Below are positions 42,107-49,988 of a stretch of DNA of 53,214 bases, one piece after another. The stretch is from positions 1 to 53,214 of the forward strand of contig JBGPTS010000002.1 of the NCBI GenBank assembly GCA_041490745.1, read 5' to 3'. Both the position numbers and the translations under genes were made by a program. This DNA is from Candidatus Binatia bacterium. Lineage in GTDB: Bacteria; Desulfobacterota; Binatia; UBA9968. Within the stretch, counting starts at the first letter, position 1. Every line of letters begins with the position of its first letter. The notes under the pieces are model-generated. The model made no database searches. It had not been told where the DNA came from and was given only the letters and a program-made list of their open reading frames with translations.

Positions 42107-44641
42107 TTATTGGATCGTCAGCGAAAGCGGTTTTGTGACGCTGCGAATCGAGTCGGTGACGCGAGCGGTGATATTGTAAGTTCCTTGCGTGCCCCCACCC
42201 GGAATGCCGGTGATCGCCCCAGTCGAAGGATTCAAGTTTAATCCCGTCGGCAGACTTCCCGACGCCAAATCCCACGCATACGGCAACTTTCCGCCGGTAG
42301 CTTTCAGCGTAGCGCTGTAGTTCTTTCCCACCGTGCCCTTCTTCAAGCTTTTGGTGCTGATCGCCAGCACGGGAAAGATTTTGATCGTGAATGTCTTCGT
42401 GACCGCGGGGCTGCCCGCGCTATCCGTCACTCTCACGGTGAAGCTCGGAAGTTTCTTCGGGCTGGCTTTGGTCGGAGTTCCGCCGATTCCATTGGAGTTG
42501 GGAATAAGGCCCAATGGCAGCGTGCCCGAAATGATGGAGACAGTATAAGGAGCGACGCCGCCGCCGATCTGTAAATCTCCGTCGTAAGGATCCCCCACTT
42601 CGCCGTCGGGCAAACTGAGAGCGCCGATGACGAGCGGCGGCGGTGCATAAACCGCCGTGACGGTCTGGTCCGCGTTCATCGTCAGGTTGCAGGTGACGAT
42701 CCCGACCGCGCTGTTGCAACCCGCCCAGTGGCTAAAATCATTTCCGCCTGCGCTTGACGGCGCCGTCAAGGTCACCGCCGTATTGTGATCGTAAGTTCGC
42801 GTGAACTGCGTGATACCGTCGCCGAAGCCGTCGTTGTCGTCGGGGCTCACGGTGACCGATACTCCGCCGTCGGGATTGGACGAGACGACCGTAAGCGCAT
42901 GAGGCGTAAACACGGGCGCCGTGCAGGACGGGAATTTGAACGAGCCGATGCCCGTCTGCCAATTGCCGCTCGTGCCGTTCGCCTGGCTGCCGTAGTACTG
43001 GTTCGTGTACCAGAACGTGCAATCGTCGGCCGGGTCGACGCTCATCGCGCTGTAATCGCCCCACCGATCGCAGGGCGAGCCGCCGCAATTGTTGGTCTGC
43101 GAACCGGCGCCCGCGATGAGCTGGACTTCGGACTGGGGCAGCGTGTTCAGCGGATCGCTCGCGAGCCGCCCCGAGTAAGCGATGCTCGGGAAGTTCGGCG
43201 CGACGTCGTTCGACGTGCTGTAGCCGAGCGCCATGTTGCCCTGATTGTCCACGGCGAGACTCCCCATCCAGCGGTAAAGGGTGGCGTCGGGCGCGTAGAT
43301 TTGCTGCTGCACCGGCGTGCTGCCGACCACGCCGCCAGTCACGTCGATCTCCGCCCACTGAAGCGTCACGGGAGAAGTGCCAACGTTGTGGACCACCCAC
43401 AGCGATTCATCCGTGCCCACCTTGCGATATTGCACCTTTTGCATCAGGCGGTCGTCGATGCTGTCGAGCTTATTGGTCGTGTTGGGTTGGGGAATGATGG
43501 CGCCGTTGGGAAATGAATAGCTCGCGTGGCCGACAATAGTCGGGGAGTCAGGCATGCCGCCGCCGGCGCCGCAGTTCGGACCGGCCGTGAACTGCCTCAC
43601 CTCGAACGCGGGGCCATTTTGCGATTCGGAGACGAAATAGTTCGGCGTGCCGGGCGGCGGCAGTTGGTCCGGCAAGACGCCGCGCATGTTGCTGGGAATC
43701 ATCGTGCCGGTGCTGCTATTGATGAAGCCTAGGAAGAATGTCAGCGGGGCGCCGCTGTACAGATCGCTCCGGCTGAACGAGGCAAAAAGAGTTCCGATGA
43801 AATGATCGCCAGGTTCGTGAAATGCATTCGCCGCCATGTACAAACAGTCGGGCCAAATCCCAAACTTGCTATAGTCGTTGAGCGCGCCAACCGGGGGACC
43901 GGTGCCGCCGGGATCCATGCGCACGGGATAGAGCCACCAGCCTCCCGAGACGGGATCGTTAGTTTTCGAGGCCGCGATACACTGGTAGAACGGCGACACC
44001 GGATTCTTACCGCTGAAAGCGAATGCAAAGTGGGTGAGAATCCAGCGGTCCGCGAGCTGATCGTACAGAACGACAGGGTCGCCCTGGCTATTGCCGTTGC
44101 AAGGGTTGGCGCCGCTTGGGCTCCACAACTGGTCCTCGGTGAACGACGCGAGCAGCGCGCCGGTCTTGTCGTAGATCGCATAGGCGGTATTGACGGCCTG
44201 GATGTAATGATTGAGACCGACATCGCCGTTCGGGTCCGGCGGCCAGCCGTCGCCGCACTGCCCGCCGAGACAGACGTCCGTGAAGTTCAGACCCGGAAAG
44301 TTTTGACTCGGGGGAGGCATCGGAGCGAGCGGAGCGGATACTTCGGCGAAGGCCGTTTCCTTGACCGGCGACGCGAGTTTCGCCTGCGCGGGCGGACGGA
44401 GGAGAGGACGGTAGGGCCGCCGCTGTAGACCGGCGCGGCTTAGCGGGACTTGCTTGAGATCGCGCATGTCGCCGTCGAATTCGAACGGCGCGACCCTGTC
44501 CATTTCTACCGTGACGTCAGTTTGCGCCGATCTCTCAGCGGCTCGCGGCGCTTGGGCCCAAACGGCGCACGGTATCCCGAGGGTTAGGATGAAAAAAACA
44601 ATCAGGGAGAGGTTGAATGGGTGGGTCGATTTTACTTTCAC
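42107..44641 (-). CDS. large secreted protein: unknown ~550-aa N-terminal domain, InlB-B-repeat-like domain, two Ig-like (He_PIG-type) repeats
   Basis: GTG start with signal peptide LSLIVFFILTLGIPCAVWA. Two C-terminal GxxPxGLxLNxxTGxIxGTP-type repeats. RWGDYSAMSVDP motif in the N-terminal domain. Confidence 0.7.
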   Translation of the reverse strand: MKVKSTHPFNLSLIVFFILTLGIPCAVWAQAPRAAERSAQTDVTVEMDRVAPFEFDGDMRDLKQVPLSRAGLQRRPYRPLLRPPAQAKLASPVKETAFAEVSAPLAPMPPPSQNFPGLNFTDVCLGGQCGDGWPPDPNGDVGLNHYIQAVNTAYAIYDKTGALLASFTEDQLWSPSGANPCNGNSQGDPVVLYDQLADRWILTHFAFAFSGKNPVSPFYQCIAASKTNDPVSGGWWLYPVRMDPGGTGPPVGALNDYSKFGIWPDCLYMAANAFHEPGDHFIGTLFASFSRSDLYSGAPLTFFLGFINSSTGTMIPSNMRGVLPDQLPPPGTPNYFVSESQNGPAFEVRQFTAGPNCGAGGGMPDSPTIVGHASYSFPNGAIIPQPNTTNKLDSIDDRLMQKVQYRKVGTDESLWVVHNVGTSPVTLQWAEIDVTGGVVGSTPVQQQIYAPDATLYRWMGSLAVDNQGNMALGYSTSNDVAPNFPSIAYSGRLASDPLNTLPQSEVQLIAGAGSQTNNCGGSPCDRWGDYSAMSVDPADDCTFWYTNQYYGSQANGTSGNWQTGIGSFKFPSCTAPVFTPHALTVVSSNPDGGVSVTVSPDDNDGFGDGITQFTRTYDHNTAVTLTAPSSAGGNDFSHWAGCNSAVGIVTCNLTMNADQTVTAVYAPPPLVIGALSLPDGEVGDPYDGDLQIGGGVAPYTVSIISGTLPLGLIPNSNGIGGTPTKASPKKLPSFTVRVTDSAGSPAVTKTFTIKIFPVLAISTKSLKKGTVGKNYSATLKATGGKLPYAWDLASGSLPTGLNLNPSTGAITGIPGGGTQGTYNITARVTDSIRSVTKPLSLTIQ

Positions 44642-44766
44642 GTTTTCATCTTCGACAAGAAATGGCCAAGCCTTGACACCGACGGACGCTTTGGACGCGC
44701 AATGCTTCCGATTGATTTCGGTGATGGTACGCTTTCAAACGTTCCGGGTAAAGGGACGCGTCTGCC

Positions 44767-44795
44767 TTGAAAGGTTCATCGGGAAGATTTATAAA
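44767..44795 (+). promoter_or_regulatory. near-consensus sigma70 promoter for the carrier-cysM-NIL operon
   Basis: TTGAAA (44767-44772), a 17-nt spacer, then TATAAA (44790-44795). The GGGAGG RBS and the ATG at 44852 follow. Confidence 0.45.
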
Positions 44796-44851
44796 CGAGT
44801 TGAATTAGTTGTGCCCGAAGCGATCAAAATCGGGATGAGGGAGGTCGGTTT

Positions 44852-45127
44852 ATGAGTGTTCGTGTCCGCGTGCCAACTCCGCTGCGCAAATTCACCAACG
44901 GAGCCGACGAAGTGAACGCCCAGGGCCAGAACGTGCGCGCCCTGGTGGAAGACCTGGAAAAAAATTTTCCGGGCATCAAAGAACGAATCTGCGACGAGAC
45001 GGGAAAAGTCCGGCGCTTCGTCAACTTGTACGTCAACGGTGACGACATCCGCTTTCTGCAGAATCTGGAAACTTCGCTCAAGGAAGGCGACAACATCTCG
45101 ATCGTCCCCGCCATCGCCGGCGGATGA
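44852..45127 (+). CDS. MoaD/ThiS-family sulfur-carrier protein (CysO-like) ending in Gly-Gly
   Basis: 91 aa with a beta-grasp pattern (VNLYVNGDDI...EGDNISIVPAIAGG*). Confidence 0.85.
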   Translation: MSVRVRVPTPLRKFTNGADEVNAQGQNVRALVEDLEKNFPGIKERICDETGKVRRFVNLYVNGDDIRFLQNLETSLKEGDNISIVPAIAGG

Positions 45128-45144
45128 CGCCGCGCGCGTGATTT

Positions 45145-46146
45145 ATGCCCAATCCGAACGCCGCCCGCTGGATCGCCGCCGCCAGGCTCCGAGAGCCGAA
45201 AAAAATCGACTCGGTGATCGACCTGATCGGCGACACGCCGCTTTTGGAGATTCGTAAAATCGCCGAAGGCATTTCGCCCGGCGTGCGCATCTTCGCCAAG
45301 CTCGAAGGCTTCAATCCCGGCGGTTCGGTCAAAGACCGGCCGGCTTTGAAAATGATTCAGGAAGGCATCAAGTCGGGAAAACTCGCCGCCGGAAAAACCA
45401 TTTTGGATTCCACTTCGGGAAACACGGGCATCGCTCTGGCGATGATCGGCCGCATTCTCGGCTATCCGGTCGAACTCGTCATGCCGTCGAACGTCAGCGC
45501 CGAGCGCAAGCGCATCATCGAGGCGTACGGCGCCAAAGTCATCTACAGCGATCCGCTCGAAGGCTCCGACGGCGCGATCAGGATGTGCCGCAAGATTCTC
45601 GAACAAAGCCCCGGAAAATATTTCAAGCCCGACCAGTATTTCAATCCGATGAACAGCCAGGCGCACTACGAAACCACGGGGCCGGAGGTTTACCGCCAGA
45701 CCGACGGTGCGATCACGCATTTCATCGCCGGCATCGGCACCAGCGGCACGATCATGGGCGCGGGGCGCTATCTCAAGGAAAAAAATCCCAAGATCCGGGT
45801 GATCGCGGTCGAGCCCGACGACGCGCTGCACGGCCTCGAAGGGCTGAAGCACATGGCGACGTCCATCGTGCCGGGAATTTATCACGAGAAGGAGTTGGAC
45901 GAAAAAATTCCCGCTTCGACCGAAGACGCCTACGCGATGGTTTATCGGCTCGCCCAGGAAGAGGGCATCCTGGTAGGGCAATCGTCCGGCGCCGCGATGC
46001 ACGCCACGTTGCAAATCGCCCGCAAGCTCCGCGCCGGCGTGCTCGTGACGGTCTTCCCCGATTTCGGCGACAAATATCTCACGACCAACCTGTGGGTCGG
46101 CTGGCGCGACCGTATGGCGGTCGGGAACTTGCAATTTTCGATTTGA
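45145..46146 (+). CDS. cysteine synthase family PLP enzyme (CysM/CysK-like)
   Basis: GDTPLLEI, NPGGSVKDRPA (PLP Lys), TSGNTGIALA, GIGTSGTIMG. Confidence 0.9.
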   Translation: MPNPNAARWIAAARLREPKKIDSVIDLIGDTPLLEIRKIAEGISPGVRIFAKLEGFNPGGSVKDRPALKMIQEGIKSGKLAAGKTILDSTSGNTGIALAMIGRILGYPVELVMPSNVSAERKRIIEAYGAKVIYSDPLEGSDGAIRMCRKILEQSPGKYFKPDQYFNPMNSQAHYETTGPEVYRQTDGAITHFIAGIGTSGTIMGAGRYLKEKNPKIRVIAVEPDDALHGLEGLKHMATSIVPGIYHEKELDEKIPASTEDAYAMVYRLAQEEGILVGQSSGAAMHATLQIARKLRAGVLVTVFPDFGDKYLTTNLWVGWRDRMAVGNLQFSI

Positions 46147-46156
46147 GGCGACGCCG

Positions 46157-46414
46157 ATGAAAGCCCAGAAAGAAAAGGTTTGCGAGCGCGTCTATCTGAC
46201 CTTCCCCAAGAACCTGGTGAAAGAGCCGCTGGTCTGCCTGATGGCGAAAAAGTTCGACATCCTTTTCAACATCCGCGGCTCCACGGTCACGGCCGAAATG
46301 GGACTCGTCGCTCTGGAAATCGACGGCGAGCGCGCCGAAGTCGATAAGGCCGTCAAGTGGCTCAAAGAAAAAGGCGTGATCGTCGAGCCGATCGAAAAGA
46401 ACGTCATCGAATAG
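46157..46414 (+). CDS. stand-alone NIL-domain protein
   Basis: 85 aa. The pattern VYLTFPKNLVKEPLVCLMAKKFDILFNIRGSTV...LEIDGE resembles the MetN C-terminal / NIL fold. It lies 10 nt after the cysM-like stop. Confidence 0.7.
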   Translation: MKAQKEKVCERVYLTFPKNLVKEPLVCLMAKKFDILFNIRGSTVTAEMGLVALEIDGERAEVDKAVKWLKEKGVIVEPIEKNVIE

Positions 46415-46444
46415 CAGCCCGCTGAAAAAGGCCCATCTACCATA

Positions 46445-46461
46445 GCCTGCCTTCGGCAGGC
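46445..46461 (+). terminator. possible terminator hairpin after the NIL gene (no U-tract)
   Basis: gcctgcc-ttc-ggcaggc, located 30 nt after the stop. Confidence 0.3.
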
Positions 46462-46680
46462 GTTGCGATGGTCCCGCTTCGAATCGCGGCAATCTTGACG
46501 TTCGCCAGTGGCGAGCTATGCGACGTACTGAAAAAAGTACGCCTGCTCTCGGCAATCGATTTTTGTGCGCCTTGTATCTGGGACCTTTTTGATCGGCCTG
46601 AAGAATTCTTCCGCAAAATTCGAAGGAGCGCAGTAAGAAGCTTTGGAGTTGTTTATCGTCGTCGCAATTACGCCCATCTG

Positions 46681-46819
46681 TCCACCTGGGAGTTTCCTGG
46701 AGGGCCGATGCGTGGGACGAGGAGCCTCAAGCGTACTTCTGAGTTCCTCTTAGAACCGGATTGTGCCGCGTAAAGCGGACGTATCGCATCGGCCCGGAGA
46801 GAGACGCTCAGGTGGACTA
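46681..46819. other. ~140-nt nested long-range hairpin in an ORF-free gap
   Basis: gtccacctg (46681-89) pairs with caggtggac (46811-19). Inside it, ggccgatgcg pairs with cgcatcggcc. Also inside is ccgc-GTAAA-gcgg (4-bp stem, 5-nt loop). Confidence 0.6.
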
Positions 46820-46840
46820 ATGATGTTAGATGCTCCGGCG

Positions 46841-47308
46841 CTACTGGGCCATTGCCGAAATCGACAGGATCAAGACGCCACCCTCGTGCGCCGGGCCGCC
46901 GAGGAGAAAATTGCCGCGGTTGGGAAACCGCACGGTGGTATCGACGATCGGCTTCTCGCCTTCGAGAAGCCGGACCTTGAGCGCGATCCGGTTATTGCGG
47001 TATTCGGCGGGCATGATGACGAGCGAGCGCCCACCGACAATCTCAAACACGCTGTTCGCCTGCCACGCGGCTTTTTGCACGTCCTCGCGGACCAAACGGT
47101 AACAACGGTATTTGATCACTTCGAGCTGCTGCTTCATCTTGGCGAGCTGCGAGTCGAGGCAGTCCGCCTGATTGGTGGCCATGATGGTGCCGATTTTTAG
47201 CTGCACGGGCTGCGGCGCCGGCTCGGCGGCGCCGAGCGGCGAAGAATACAAAGCCACGCCGAGGCTAAAAAGCCTGCTCGCTCGAAGCAGGCTCCGCGGA
47301 AGTTTCAT
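46841..47308 (-). CDS. secreted hypothetical protein, last gene of the ECF sigma operon
   Basis: ATG at 47308 (MKLPRSLLRASRLFSLGVALYSSPLGAAEP signal peptide). Overlaps the end of the anti-sigma gene. Confidence 0.55.
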   Translation of the reverse strand: MKLPRSLLRASRLFSLGVALYSSPLGAAEPAPQPVQLKIGTIMATNQADCLDSQLAKMKQQLEVIKYRCYRLVREDVQKAAWQANSVFEIVGGRSLVIMPAEYRNNRIALKVRLLEGEKPIVDTTVRFPNRGNFLLGGPAHEGGVLILSISAMAQ

Positions 47309-47810
47309 CTTCGCTTTCCTGATTCTCAAACAACCAGATAACGGTTGTTTTGGTCTTCGCCTCGCGCAGCAAGGCAACGTTAAAACCGTGGCCGTCGATG
47401 TGCTCGACCGCCGCCAGGTTGGTTTGGCCGAAAACCGGGGGCCAACCGGGGAAGAATTTTTCCAGCGAGAAAATGCCGAGAAGAAGGATGATCACCGCCG
47501 GCACCGCCCAGGCGAGCCGCGGCGGCGTCAAAAAGCCGCGCGCCCAATCGATGATACGATCGTGCCATGGTCTTTCTTCGGCGATCCGTTGGCGCACGCC
47601 GGCCCAAAACGGCTCGAAGGCGACTTGCGACGCTTCCTTTTCCAGCATGCTCTTCAGCGAGGAATCAATGCGTTCGAGCCGCGCCTTCTCCGCGGCACAC
47701 GACGCGCAACTCTGGAGATGGAGCTGTACGTCGGCGGCGTCGGATGCGCCCAGCTCTCGGTCCAGCCATGCGCCGAGCGACTGTCTGATTTCTTGGCAAT
47801 CTTGAATCAT
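47265..47810 (-). CDS. anti-sigma factor (zf-HC2 type), single-pass membrane protein
   Basis: N-terminal HLQSCASC zinc motif and a central TM helix (AWAVPAVIILLLGIF). 4-nt overlap with the sigma gene. Confidence 0.7.
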   Translation of the reverse strand: MIQDCQEIRQSLGAWLDRELGASDAADVQLHLQSCASCAAEKARLERIDSSLKSMLEKEASQVAFEPFWAGVRQRIAEERPWHDRIIDWARGFLTPPRLAWAVPAVIILLLGIFSLEKFFPGWPPVFGQTNLAAVEHIDGHGFNVALLREAKTKTTVIWLFENQESEDETSAEPASSEQAF

Positions 47811-48433
47811 AAATACGAGCCCAGCTTTTCTTGAAGCTTCTTCCGCGCGTAATGGAGGCGGCTCATCACGGTGCCTTCCGAGCAGCCCATCACGCGCCCG
47901 ATTTCTTTATACGAAAGCCCTTCCACCGCCCTCATTAGAATGACCGCTTTGTGATCGGGTGTCAATTCGTCGATCGCGCTAAGGAGCTTCTTTCCGAGCT
48001 GCCGGTCGCGCAACTCACGATAAGGATCGCTGCCTAACGTTTCCGTTTCGACGATCACTTCGTCCATGTTCTCTTTAAGATCCATTGCGCCGCGTTTCTG
48101 CCGGCGCTGAAAATCGATGGCCAGGTTGACCGCGATCCGATAAAGCCAGGTGTAAAAACTCGACCCGCCTTTGAACCGCTTGATGTTTCTAAACGCCCGA
48201 TAAAAACTCTCCTGCGTCACCTCCAGGGCATCCTCGCGGTGGTGCAGCATGCCTAGGATCACCATGAATACTCTGCGATAATACTTGGCTGTGAGCGTCT
48301 CGTAAGCGGCGACATCCCCTTGTTGGCATTTGCGGACGAGATCCCACTCGCTAATCTCCACAGCAACCCTTGTCTCTTTCGACGCGGCGGAATGAGATTT
48401 ATTCAAGGGAGAATCCGGCCATCGCTTTGCCAA
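47807..48433 (-). CDS. ECF-type RNA polymerase sigma-70 factor (RpoE-like)
   Basis: Region 2 (FYTWLYRIAVNLAIDFQRR) and region 4 (LSYKEIGRVMGCSEGTVMSRLHYARKKL). The start may be internal. Confidence 0.9.
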   Translation of the reverse strand: MAKRWPDSPLNKSHSAASKETRVAVEISEWDLVRKCQQGDVAAYETLTAKYYRRVFMVILGMLHHREDALEVTQESFYRAFRNIKRFKGGSSFYTWLYRIAVNLAIDFQRRQKRGAMDLKENMDEVIVETETLGSDPYRELRDRQLGKKLLSAIDELTPDHKAVILMRAVEGLSYKEIGRVMGCSEGTVMSRLHYARKKLQEKLGSYL

Positions 48434-48523
48434 AGGTTGAAATTTTTTCTAATTACCATAAAATCAGGTTAAATCCAGAGCCAAAGCGCCCGCCCGGGAA
48501 TACGAAGCGGGCTGAAAGACAGC

Positions 48524-49582
48524 ATGCTGGTTCAGTGTCCGAATTGCCATACCACCTATCGCGTCTCTGAAAAAGCCGTCACTGCGCCCAAGCCGACCTT
48601 CCGTTGTTCGCGCTGCAAGAATGTTTTCGCGCTGGGAGCGAAGGCGGGCCGGCACGCCGCCGCGCCCGCGGCGCCGGCACCTTCGGCGGCGCGCGAGGAG
48701 GCGGCGCGAGAGTTGAGCTTTACTTTTCCCGCGCCCGATTCGAGCGACAAGCGCGCGGAAAAGATTTCTCCGCCATCCCAGAGATCCCAGAAATCCAATG
48801 ACGCCGCGCCCGGCAACGGACCGGCGCTCGCGCCGCACCAATCGTCGCTCATCGTGCCGTCGAAGCGGGAGGACAACTGGACGATTGCGCCCGACAAGAG
48901 CGCCGATGAGACTTTCGCGATGAAAAGCGACAGCTCGGCGGTCGAATTCGACCCGGCGTTCGAGGAGCCTTTTGAATTTAGGCGCGCGCCGGCAACAGCC
49001 GGCAAGCCCGGCCAAGCCGCGGATCCGGCCCTCGCCGTGGCTCTGAGTCGGCCGCTTTCCATCGCTCCGTATCTTCTTCTCGCCGGAGTCATGCTGTGTT
49101 TCTTTGCCCTCGTCACCGCGGTGCACAAGGCCAAACCGGCCTGGATCGAAAGCTCGCTCAAGAACGTTCCCTGGGTCGGCGACTCGGTGCTGCGCAACGA
49201 TCATTTGCGTCAGGGAATCGCGCTCGAGGCCACCCGGCCGCGCTTTCAACGCATTCAGGGCAACCGCGAAATCTTCTTGTTATCGGGCGTGGTCGTCAAT
49301 CGCAACCGGGTCAAGGTGCGCGAGGTCAAGATCGAAGCGTTGATTTTCGGCGGCGACGGGAAAGTGGTCGAGCGGCAGGTGATCACGGTGGGCAATGCAA
49401 TCTCGTCGAAAATCGTGCGGGATCTCACGCATCAAGAGATTTCCGATCTGCAAAAACAGGGGCCGGTGAGAAGATTCGAGATTGTGCCCGACGAGTCGGT
49501 GCCGTATTCGATCGTGTTCCTAAAATCCAACCCGGACATCAAGAGCTTCGCCTATCGAGTTCTCTCCGCGGAAGAAATCTAA
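48524..49582 (+). CDS. MJ0042-type zinc-ribbon protein with TM helix and DUF3426-like C-terminal domain
   Basis: MLVQCPNCHTTYRV...FRCSRCKNVF ribbon, a low-complexity linker, one TM helix, then a beta-rich C-terminal domain. Confidence 0.7.
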   Translation: MLVQCPNCHTTYRVSEKAVTAPKPTFRCSRCKNVFALGAKAGRHAAAPAAPAPSAAREEAARELSFTFPAPDSSDKRAEKISPPSQRSQKSNDAAPGNGPALAPHQSSLIVPSKREDNWTIAPDKSADETFAMKSDSSAVEFDPAFEEPFEFRRAPATAGKPGQAADPALAVALSRPLSIAPYLLLAGVMLCFFALVTAVHKAKPAWIESSLKNVPWVGDSVLRNDHLRQGIALEATRPRFQRIQGNREIFLLSGVVVNRNRVKVREVKIEALIFGGDGKVVERQVITVGNAISSKIVRDLTHQEISDLQKQGPVRRFEIVPDESVPYSIVFLKSNPDIKSFAYRVLSAEEI

Positions 49583-49785
49583 GGCGCGCTTCTCTTATCC
49601 TTATCCTTTCCCTTTTCCTTCTCGTCTTTCGGCGTGACGTCGATCTCGTCCGGTTCGTTCATCGTGCGGCGAAAATTGCGTATCCCTTTGGCGAGACCGT
49701 GACCGAGATCGGGCAACCTGCGGCTGAAGAGAATCACGATGACGAGCAGGATAAGCAACAGCTCCCAAATTCCGAGACCCAACAT
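49579..49785 (-). CDS. tatA: twin-arginine translocase subunit TatA/E
   Basis: MLGLGIWELLLILLVIVILFSRRLPDLGHGLAKGIRNFRR, followed by an acidic/lysine-rich tail. Confidence 0.85.
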   Translation of the reverse strand: MLGLGIWELLLILLVIVILFSRRLPDLGHGLAKGIRNFRRTMNEPDEIDVTPKDEKEKGKDKDKRSAP

Positions 49786-49988
49786 GAATCCTCCGCTGCG
49801 GTCATTCTAGTAGAGCGCTATTTTCATTGCAACTTGGAGGTTCTCCACATTCGACCTTACGGCAAATTGAAAGTCCCGGCCGTCCCACCCTTCCCTTATC
49901 GGCGGCCGGAGGCGGGGTGGAAAAATGATCCCGATAATGCTACCTGTCGAAACTCTCGCGGCAGAAAATTCACTCTAAGGAGAGCGCG

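Noticed and set aside
44642-44851. A second riboswitch (SAM-II, SAM-SAH or similar) in the 210-nt region upstream of the GG-carrier gene.
   Set aside because: A near-consensus promoter (TTGAAA-N17-TATAAA, 44767-44795) leaves only a ~50-nt leader. I saw no conserved riboswitch core. The upstream part probably holds the divergent promoter of the 844-aa gene.
46445-46490. tRNA-like features: a TTCGAAT loop in ccgcttcgaatcgcgg and a neighbouring hairpin.
   Set aside because: The T-arm candidate has only a 4-bp stem with an 8-nt loop. The would-be anticodon stem has a 3-5-nt loop. No acceptor or D arm can be drawn.
46468-46773. 101-aa plus-strand ORF in the ORF-free gap.
   Set aside because: It has no RBS and an odd composition (Cys/Phe/Arg-rich). 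It spans the region best explained by RNA secondary structure. It is also lower in GC than all confident genes.
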